Positions 41,901 to 52,799 of a DNA stretch of 64,000 nucleotides are shown here, one piece after another. The DNA is taken from positions 9,672,001 through 9,736,000 of the forward strand of contig CM022671.1 of NCBI GenBank assembly GCA_012295275.1. Direction: 5' to 3'. Every line of letters begins with the position of its first letter. Position 1 is the first letter of the stretch. The position numbers and the translations under genes were made by a program. Origin of the DNA: Chrysomallon squamiferum (Eukaryota; Animalia; Mollusca). The notes under the pieces are model-generated. The model did no database searches. It saw only the letters and a program-made list of their open reading frames with translations, and was not told the origin of the DNA.

Positions 41901-44900
41901 AGTAATACTAGTAGTCATGGAATTAATTTTGTATTTGTTTTAATGTTTGTCAAATGAAATAATGACATTTCTCCGGTTTGTTTTCTCAGGATGAGAAGAG
42001 GAAACCGAAGAGGAAACCGAAGAAGAGACCGAAGAGGAGAATCCACACATGCACCATCTGCTTAAGAATGGTGTAGTCGAAGGACATCACCGAAATGGTA
42101 AACAGAAATGTCTGTACATTTTGTAAAAGAACAAATTAATAAAAAAAAAAAAAATAAAAATATTTACTTTAGAAAAGGTATTAAAATAAAATGAAATAAA
42201 ATAATTTTAATAATGATAATAATTTTGCAGTGATGATCAAAATAGTAATAGTTATACTACTGATGATGAATATACTGAAGTTAACAAGAGCATTAACTAC
42301 GATGACATCAACGTCATCATCATCATCACATTAAAGATAATAATAACAATTATCATGATGACGATAGTAATGAAGGTAACACTAGTAATGATGGAATTAA
42401 ATTTGTATTTGTTATAATGTTTGTTAAAAGAAATAAATACATTTCTACAGTTTATTTTCTCAGGATGAGAAGAGGAAACCGAAGAGGAGAATCTACACAT
42501 GCACCTTCTGCTTAAGAATGGTGTAGTCGAAGGACATCACCGAAATGGTAAACAGAAATGCCTGTACATTTTGTAAAGAACAAATTAATAAAAATTGAAA
42601 AAAAGAAATATTTGCTTTAAAAAAGTAATTAAAATAAAATGAAAGAAATTAATAGTATGCAAAATTCTTGATAGATAAGAATGGTGTAGTCGAAGGAAAA
42701 AACATCATCAAATCATCATCATGAAATGAATTTAAGAACAATATGATTAAAAAAAAAAAGTAAAATAGTAGTCATGGAATTAATTTTGTATTTGTTTTAA
42801 TGTTTGTTAAAATGAAATAAATTTCTACGGTTTGTTTTCTCAGGATGAAAAAGAAATAGAAGAGGAGACTAATACACACCATGCCATCTGAAGAATGGTG
42901 ATAGTCGAAGGACATCACCGAAATGGTAAACAGAAATGTCTAACATTTTGTAAAGAACAAATTAATAAAAAATTGAAAAAAAAAAATATTTGACATCAAT
43001 TAAAATAAAATGAAATAAATCATCAATAATAGTCATAATTTTTAAAATAATAATCAAAATAGTAATAGATGATATGATGATGATGATTGGTAAGTTAAAT
43101 TTAATTAAAATGACATCATCACCATCATGAAGCAGAATTTAAGAACAATATGATTGTAATAAGAGTAATACTAGTAGTCATGGAATTAATTTTGTATTTG
43201 TTTTAATGTTTGTTAAATGAAATAATGACATTTTTACGGTTTGTTTTCTCAGGATGAGAAGAGGAAGAGGAAACTGAAGAAGAAGAATCTACACATGCAC
43301 CTTCTGCTTAAGAATGGTGTAGTCGAAGGACATCACCGAAATGGTAAACAGAAATGTCTGTACATTTTGTAAAAAAAGACAAATTTAAAAAAAATTGAAA
43401 AAAAAATATTTGCTTTAAAAAAGTAAAATAAAATAAAATGAAATAAAAATTTTAATAATGATAATAATTTTTGAAAATAATAAAATAGTAATAGTGATAA
43501 TACTGATGATGAATATACTGTTAACAAATTTAATTAAAAATGAAATCATCATCATCTCATCATGAAGCAAAGAAATTAAGAACAATATGATGAAAACAAT
43601 AAGAGTAACACTAGTAATCATGGAAATAATTTTGTATTTGTTTTAATGTTTGTTAAAAGAAATAAATACATTTCTCCGGTTTGTTTTCTCAGGATGAGAA
43701 GAGGAAACCGAAGAGGAAACCGAAGAAGAGACCGAAGAATCTAGAATCCACATGCACCATCTGCTTTAAGAATGAATGGTGTAGTCGAAGGACATCACCG
43801 AAATGGTAAACAGAAATGTCTGTACATTTTGTAAAGAACAAATTAATAAAAATTGAAAAAAAAAAAAATTTTACTTTAGAAAAGGTATTAAAATAAAATG
43901 AAATAAAAAAAATAATTTGAATAATGATAATAATTTTGCAATGATGATCAAAATAGTAATAATAGTTATAATACTGATGATGAATATACTGAAGTTAACA
44001 AGAGCATTAACAACGATGACATCAACGTCATCATCATCATCATAAAGATAATAAAGATAATAATAACAATTATCATGATGACGATAGTAATGATGGTAAC
44101 CCTAGTAATAAGGGAATTAAATTTGTATTTGTTATAATGTTTGTTAAAAGAAATAAATACATTTCTACAGTTTATTTTCTCAGGATGAGAAGACGAAACT
44201 AAAGAGTAGAATCTACACATGCACCTTTTGCTTAAGAATGGTGCAGTCGAAGGACATCACCGAAATGGTAAACAGAAATGTCTGTACAATTTGTAAAGAA
44301 CAAATTAATAAAAATTGAAAAAAGAACTATTTGCTTGAAAAAAGTAATTAAAATAAAATGAAAGAAATTAATAGTAATAATATTAGTAAAAATAATATTG
44401 AGAGTGATAGTATTAAATTTAATTAAAATCATCATCACCATGATGAAGCAGAATTTTAGAACAATATGACTAAAACAATAAGAGTAATACTAGTAGTAAT
44501 GGAATTAATTTTGTATTTGTTTTAATGTTTGTTAAATGAAATAATGACATTTCCACGGTTTGTTTTCTCAGGATGAGAAGAGGAAACCGAAGAGGAAACC
44601 GAACAGGAGACCGAAGAGGAGACTGAAGAGGAGAATCCACACATGCACCATCTGCTTAAGAATGGTGTAGTCAAAGGACATCACAGAAATAGTAATCAGA
44701 AATGCCTCTACATTTCGTAAAGAACAAGTTAATAAAAAGTGAAAAATAAAAATATTTGCTTTCGAAAAAGTTATTCACATAAAATGAAATAAACTCATTT
44801 TAATAATATTAATAATTTTTACAATAATAATCAAAATAGTAATAGTGATAATACTGATGATGACAATCGTACAGTTAACAAGAGCAATAACAATGATGAC

Positions 44901-47900
44901 ATCAATGTCGTCATCATCATTATCAAGAGAATAACAAGAATTATCACGATGATGATAGTATTGATGGTAACCCTAGTAATAAGGGAATTAAATTTGTATT
45001 TGTTATAATGTTCGTTAAAAGAAATATAGACAATTCTATGGTTTATTTTCTGAGGATGAGAAGATGAAACTGAAGAGGAGAATCTACACATGCACCTTCT
45101 GCTTTAGAATGGTGTAGTCGAAGGACATCACCGAAATGGTAAACAGAAATATCTGTACATTTTGTAAAGAACAAATTAATAAAAAGTGAAAAATAAAAAT
45201 ATTTACTTTAGAAAAAGGTATTAAAATAAAAAGAAATAAATTCATTTTAAGAATAGTAATAATTTTTGCAGTAATAATAAAAATAGTAATAGTGATAATA
45301 CTGATGATGACTATACTGAAGTTAACAAGAGCAATAACAACGATGAAATCATCGTCGTCATAATCATCACATTAACGATAATAATAACAATTATCGTGAT
45401 GACGATAGGAATGACTGTAACACTAGTAATGATGGAATTAAATTTGTATTTGTGATAATGTTTGTTAAAACAATTATAGACATTTCAATGGTTTATTTTC
45501 TCAGGATGAGAAGACGAAACTAAAGAGGAGAATCTACACATGCACCTTCTGCTTTAGAATGGTGCAGTCGAAGGACATCACCGAAATGGTAATGTACATT
45601 TTGTAAAGATCGTATTAACAAAAATTGGAAAAAGAAATATTTGCTTGTAAAAAGTAATTAAAATAAAATGAAAGAAATTAATAGTAATAATATTAGTAAA
45701 AATAATATTGATAGTGATAGCATTGAGAATGATAATATTAAATTTAATTAAAAGCATCATCACCATAATGAAGCAGAATTTAAGAACAATATGATTAAAA
45801 CAATAAGAGTAATACTAGTAGTCATGGAATTAATTTTGTATTTGTTTTAATGTTTGTTAAATGAAATAATGACATTTCCACGGTTTGTTTTCTCAGGAGA
45901 AGAAGAGGAAGCCGAAGAGGAAACCGAAGAGGAGACGGAAGAGGAGAATCCACACATGCACCATCTGCTTAACAATGGTGTAGTGAAAGGACATCACCGA
46001 AATGGTAAACAGAAATGCCTCTACATTTGATGACAATCGTACAGTTAACAAGAGCAATAAGAATGATGACATCAATGTCGTCATCATCATTATCAAGAGA
46101 ATAATAAGAATTATCACGATGATGATAGTAATGATGGTAACCCTAGTAATAAGGGAATTAAATTTGTATTTGTTATAATGTTTGTTAAAAGAAATATAGA
46201 CATTTCTACAGTTTATTTTCTCAGGATGAGAAGACGCAACTAAAGAGGAGAATCTACAGATGCACCTTCTGCTTAAGAATGGTGTAGACGAAGGACATCA
46301 CCGAAATGGTAAACAGAAATGCCTCTACATTTTGTAAAGGACAAGTTAATAAAAAGTGAAAAATAAAAATATTTGCTTTAGAAAAAGTTATTCAAATAAA
46401 ATTAAATAAAATCATTTTAATAATATTAATCAAAATAGTAATAGTGATAATACTGATGATGACAATCATATAGTTAAGAAAAGCAATAACAATGATGACA
46501 TCAATATCATCATCGTCACTATCAAAGAGAATAATGAGAATTATTATGATAATGATAGTATGAAGAATAACACTAGTACAGATGGAATTAATTTTGTATT
46601 TGTTTTAATGTTTGTTAAAGGAAATAATGACATTTCTACGGTTTGTTTTATCAGGATGAGAAGAGGAAACCGAAGAGGAGAATCCACACATGCACCATCT
46701 GCTTAAGAATGGTGTAGTCGAAGGACATCACCGAAATGGAAAACAGAAATGCCTTCAGGATGAGAAGAGGAAACAGAAGAGGAGAATCTACCTATGCACA
46801 TTCTGGTTAAGAATGGTGTAGTCGAAGGACATCACCGAAATGGTAGAAAAAGTAATACAATAAAATGAAATAAATGAATTTTAATGGTAGTCAAACATTT
46901 TAGAATCAAAAATTAAATAGTAATAGTGAGAATACTGATGATGACAATCATACAGTTAATGGAGCAATAAAAACGATGACATCAACGCCATCATCATCAT
47001 AATTATCAAAGAGAATAGTAAGAATTATCATGATGATAGTAATAAAGGTAACACTATTAATGATGGAATTAAATTTGTATTTGTTTTAATGTTTGTGAAA
47101 TGAAATATAGACATTTTTACGGCTTGTTTTCTCAGGATGAGAAGAGGAAGCTGAAGAGAAGAGTCTACACATGCACCTTCTGCTTAAGAATGGTGTAGTC
47201 AAAGGACATCACCGAAATGGTAAACAGAAATGCCTGTACATTTTGTAAATAACAAATTAATAAAAAGTGAAAAAAGAAATGTTTGCTTTAAAAAAGTAAT
47301 TAAAATAAAATGGAAGAAATTAATAGTAGTAATATTAATAAAAATAATATTGATAGTGATAGTAGTGATAATAATAGCATTTAATTTAATTAAAAACATC
47401 ATCATGAATGAGAATTTAAGAACAATGAGATTAAAACAAAAAGAGTAATACTAGTAGTCATGGAATTAATTTTGTATTTGTTTTAATGTTTGTTAAGTGA
47501 AATATTGACATTTCTACGGTTTCTTTTCTCCGGATGAGAAGAGGAAACTGAAGAGGAGAATCTACACATGCACCTTGAGCTTAAGAATGGTGTAGGCGAA
47601 GGACATCACCGAAATGATAAACAGAATGCCTTCAGGATTAGAAGAAGAAACAGAACACGAAAATCTGCACATGCACCTTCTCCTTAAGAATGGTGTAGGC
47701 GAAGGACATCGCTGAAATGGTAGATAGAAATGCTTGGACATTTTGTAAAGAACAAGTTTATAAAAAGTGAAAAATAAAAATATTTGCTTTAAAAAAAGTA
47801 ATTAAAAATAAAATGAGATAAATTAATTTTAATAATAGTAATAATTTTTACAATAATAATCAAAATTGTAATAGTGATAATACTGATGATGGCAATAATG

Positions 47901-50900
47901 AAGTTCGCAAGAGCAATAACAATGATGACATCAACGTCATCTTCATCATCAGATTGAAGAGATTAGTAAGAATTATCATGATGATGATAGTAATGATGGT
48001 AACACTAATGATGATGGAAGTAAGTATATATTTGTTTTAAAGTTTGTTAAATGAAATAATAAAATTTCTACGGTTTGTTTTCTCAGGATGAGAAGATGAA
48101 ACTGAAGAGGAGAATCTACACATGCACCTTCTGCTTAAGAATGGTGTAGTGAAAGGACATCACCGAAATGGTAAACAGAAATGCCTGTACATTTTGTAAA
48201 GAACAAATTAATAAAAAGTGAAAAAAGAAATATTTGCTTTGAAAAGCTAATTAAAATTAAATGAAAGAAATTAATAGTAATAATATTAATAAAACTAATA
48301 CTTATAGTGATAGTAGTGATTATGATAGTATTAAATTTAAAAACATCACCATCAAGAAGGAGAATTCAATAACACTACGATTAAAACAATAAGTGTAATA
48401 CTAGTAGTCATGGAATTAATTTTGTATATGTTTTAATGTTTGTTATATGAACTTCTGACATTTTTAGATTTATTTTCACAGGATGAGAAGAGGAAAATGA
48501 AGACAGGAATACACAGCTGAAATCAGGAATAGGTTTTTAATTTTTGGGGGTTTGCCGGCATTTGGGTGGGCGTGTATTTATTTTAACGTAGGCATCAGAC
48601 TCTTAATACTGATGTCTACACATGCATGTTCTGCTTTATAATCCGTAGATCTCACAGGTGAAGAAGGTGAAAGAGTGCTGCAGGAGAGAGACATCATCTG
48701 AATGGTAAAGAGAAATGCCTGTACATTTTTTGAAAAAGCTTAATAAGAAAGAAAAGTATTGGCTTCATAAAAAGTAATTAAAGGGAGTGAGATGAGATAA
48801 AACAAAATAAAATACAGTGATAGTAACAACAACAATAGTAAAAACAATAATGGCAGTACTGAAAATGAGAATAATAATGAGAATAACAACAAAAACAACA
48901 ACTACAACAACATTATCAGGAACATCTTCATCATCAAAGAGAATATGTGATATATTCTGATGATAATAAAAAGGGTAACACTAGTAATGACGGAATTCTT
49001 TCTTTATTTGATTTAAAGTTTGAAAAATGAAATACTGACATTCCTACGGTTTGTTTTCCCAGTAGCACAAGAGGAAAATGAATAGCAGAATCCACAGATG
49101 AAGCCAGGAATGGGTTTTTCATTTTCCTCGGATTTCTGCCATTTCAGTTGGCATGTATCCATTTTAACGTAGACATATTGATGTCTACACATGCACCTTC
49201 AGCTTAAGAATGGTGTAGGCGAGGGACATCGCGGAAATGGTAAACAGAAATGCCTGTATATTTTGTAAAGAACAAGTTAATAAAAAGTGAAAAATAGAAT
49301 TATTTGCTTTAGAAAAAGTAATAAAAATCAAATGAAATATATTAATTTTAATAATAGTAATCAAAATAGTAATAGTGATAATACCGATGAAGACAATCGT
49401 ACAGTTAACAAGAGCAATAACAATGATGACATCAACATCATCATCATCATTATCAAAGAGAATAATAATAATTATAATGAAGATGATAGTAATGACCATA
49501 ACACTAATAATGATGGAATTAAATTTGTATTTGTTATAATGTTTGTTAAAAGAAATATAGACAATTCTACGGTTTATTTTCTCAGGATGAGAAGACGAAA
49601 CGGAAGAGGAGAATCTACACATGCACCTTCTGCTTAAGAATGGTGTAGTCGAAGGACATCACCGAAATGGTAAACAGAAATGTCTACAATTTGTAAAGAA
49701 TAAATTAATAAAAATTGAAAAAAGAAATATTTGCTTGGAAAAAGTAATTAAAATAAAATAAAAGAAATTAATAGTAATAATATTAGTATAAATAATAATT
49801 ATAGTGATAGCAATGATCACCATAGTATTAAAGTTAACTGAAAACATCACCGTCATGAAGGAAAATTTAAGATCAATATGATTAAAACAATAAGAGTAAT
49901 ACTAGCAGTCATGGAATTAATTTTGTATTCTTTTAAAGATTGTTAAATGAATTAATGACATTTCTCCGGTTTGTTTTCTCAGGATGAGAAGAGGAAACCG
50001 AAGACAAAACTGAAGAGGAGTATCTACACATGCACCTTCTGGTTTAGAATGGTGTAGTCGAAGGACATCACCGAAATGGTAAACAGAAATGCCTCTACAT
50101 TTTGTAAAGAACAAGTTAATAAAAAGTGAAAAATAAAAATATTTGCTTCAGAAAAAGTTATTAAAATAAAATGAAATAAATTAGTTTTAATAATATTAAT
50201 AATTTTTACAATAATAATCAAAATAGTAATAGTGATATTACTGATGATGACATCGATGTCATCTTCGTCCTTCGTCACTATCAAAGAGAATAATGAGAAT
50301 TATCATAATGATAGTAATGAGAGTAACACTAGTACAGATGGAATTAATTTTGTATTTGTTTTAATGTTTGTTAAAGGAAATAATGACATTTCTACAGTTT
50401 GTTTTATCAGGATGAGAAGAGGAAACCGAAGAGGAGAATCCACACATGCACCATCTGCTTAAGAATGGTGTAGTCGAAGGACATCACCGAAATGGAAAAC
50501 AGAAATGCCTTCAGGATGAGAAGAGGAAACAGAAGAGGAGAATCTACATATGCACCTTCTGGATAAGAATGGTGTAGTCGAAGGACATCACCGAAATGGT
50601 AGAAAAAGTAATAAAATAAAATGAAATAAATTAATTTTAATGGTAGTAAAACTTTTAGAATAAAAATGAAATAGTAATAGTGAGAATACTGATAATGACA
50701 ATCATACAGTTAACAGAGCAATAACAACGATGACATCAGCGTCACCATCATCATCATCAATGAGTGTTTGTATGATTTTGATGATAAAAAAAAAAGAAAT
50801 ATAGATATTTTACAGTTTATTTTTTTAATATTTGTGAAATGAAATATAGACATTTCTAAGGCTTGTTTTCTCAGGATGAGAAGAGGAAGCTGAAGAGAAG

Positions 50901-52760
50901 AATCTACACATGCACCTTCTGCTTTAGGTGTAGTCGAAGGACATCACCGAAATGGTAAACAGAAGTGTCTGTACATTTTGTAAAGAACAAATTAAGAAAA
51001 ATTGGAGAAAGAAATATTTGCTTGAAAAAAGTAATTAAAATAAAATGAAAGAAATTAATAGTGATAATATTACGAAAAATAATATTGATTTTGATAGCAT
51101 GATAATGATTGGTATTAAATTTAATTAAAAACATCATCACCATCATGAAGCAGAATTTAAGAACAATATGACTAAAACAATAAGAGTAATACTAGTAGTC
51201 ATGGAATTAATTTTGTATTTGTTTTAATGTTTGTCAAATGAAATAATGACATTTCTCCGGTTTGTTTTCTCAGGATGAGAAGAGGAAATCGAAGAGGAAA
51301 CCGAAGAAGAGACCGAAGAGGAGAATCCACACATGCACCATCTGCTTAAGAATGGTGTAGTCGAAGGACATCACCGAAATGGTAAACAGAAATGTCTGTA
51401 CATTTTGTAAAGAACAAATTAATAAAAAGTGAAAAATAAAAATATTTACTTTAGAAAAGGTATTAAAATAAAATGAAATAAAATAATTTTAATAATGATA
51501 ATAATTTTGCAGTGATGATCAAAATAGTAATAGTTATACTACTGATGATGAATATACTGAAGTTAACAAGAGCATTAACTACGATGACATCAACGTCATC
51601 ATCATCACATTAAAGATAATAATAACAATTATCATGATGACGATAGTAATGAGAGTAACACTAGTAATGATGGAATTAAATTTGTATTTGTTATAATGTT
51701 TGTTAAAAGAAATAAATACATTTCTACAGTTTATTTTCTCAGGATGAGCAGACGAAACCAAAGAGTAGAATCTACACATGCACCTTTTGCTTAAGAATGG
51801 TGCAGTCGAAGGACATCACCGAAATGGTAAACAGAAATGTCTGTACAATTTGTAAAGAATAAATTAATAAAAATTGAAAAAAGAACTATTTGCTTGAAAA
51901 AAGTAATTAAAATAAAATGAAAGAAATTAATAGTAATAATATTAGTAAAAATAATATTGAGAGTGATAGTATTAAATTTAATTAAAATCATCATCACCAT
52001 GATGAAGCAGAATTTTAGAACAATATGACTAAAACAATAAGAGTAATACTAGTAGTAATGGAATTAGTTTTGTATTTGTTTTAATGTTTGTTAAATGAAA
52101 TAATGACATTTCCACGGTTTGTTTTCTCAGGATGAGAAGAGGAAATCGAAGAGGAAACCGAACAGGAGACCGAAGAGGAGACTTAAGAAGTGACCGAAGA
52201 GGAGACTGAAGAGGAGAATCCACACATGCACCATCTGCTTAAGAATGGTGTAGTCAAAGGACATCACAGAAATAGTAATCAGAAATGCCTCTACATTTCG
52301 TAAAGAACAAGTTAATAAAAGTGAAAAATAAAAATATTTGCTTCAGAAAAAGTTATTAAAATAAAATGAAATAAATTAGTTTTAATAATATTAATAATTT
52401 TTACAATAATAATGAAAATATGATGATGACTATAATTTAACTATAAGTTAACAAGAACAATAACAACGATGACAGCGACATCATCATCAGATCTAATAAT
52501 GAGAATTATCGCAATGATGATAGTAATTATGGTAACACTAATAATGATTGAATTAAATTTGTATTTGTTTTAAAGTTTGTTAAATGAAATATGTATGGTT
52601 TGTTTTCTCAGGACGAGAAGAGGAAAGTGAAGAAGAGTCTTCAAATGCATCTTTTTCTTAAGAATGCTGCAGCAGAAGGATATCACCTAAATCGTAAACA
52701 GAAATGACTGTACATTCTGTGAAGAAGAAATTAATAAAAACTGAAATATAAAAATATAAA
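38922..52760 (+). repeat. Tandem array of ~36 exon-shaped cassettes (unit mostly ~390-480 bp) with higher-order periodicity
   Basis: Core ttttctcag|gatgagaagaggaaac(c/t)gaagaggagaatc(c/t)acacatgcacc(a/t)tctgcttaagaatggtgtagtcgaaggacatcaccgaaatg|gtaaac starts at about 38922, 39325, 39794, 40182, 40665, 41111, 41215, 41586 ... 52131, 52612, separated by two related classes of AT-rich spacer. Confidence 0.97.
48482..48704 (+). pseudogene. Longest cassette of the array; decayed exon resembling the C-terminal part of a synaptotagmin-like C2A domain
   Basis: AG/GT-bounded 223 nt. With frameshifts it reads DEKRKMKTGIHS*NQE*VFN..FAGI..RRHQTLNTDVY / HVLL / SVDLTGEEGERVLQERDII*M, collinear with the recalled Syt C2A pattern D.K.K.KT..hR...P.F...F.GI...R.L...VY...HVL.....DL.....RDI. 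Confidence 0.45.
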
Positions 52761-52799
52761 AATCTCCGTCCTTCCTTTGATGGAGGTCTCCATCAATAC

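Noticed and set aside
38970-52223. Recurrent minus-strand ORFs of 62-150 aa in the cassette array
   Set aside because: They are AT-rich spacer translations with inconsistent frames and lengths between copies, and the splice signals point to the + strand.
39325-52275. C2H2 zinc-finger array (28-codon period, RIHTCxxC)
   Set aside because: There is no HxxxH pair at the right spacing and no TGEKP linker, most copies have a stop, and the CxxC is continuous with sequence shared with the longer ancestral copies.
8415-52700. Alternative genetic code (TAR=Gln) to explain in-frame stops
   Set aside because: Disruptions include TGA stops and frameshifts as well, which fits ordinary pseudogene decay.
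38922-52760. CRISPR-like appearance (conserved core alternating with variable spacers)
   Set aside because: Cores are 84+ nt, spacers are ~300-400 nt and homologous to one another, no cas genes are present, and the context is eukaryotic.
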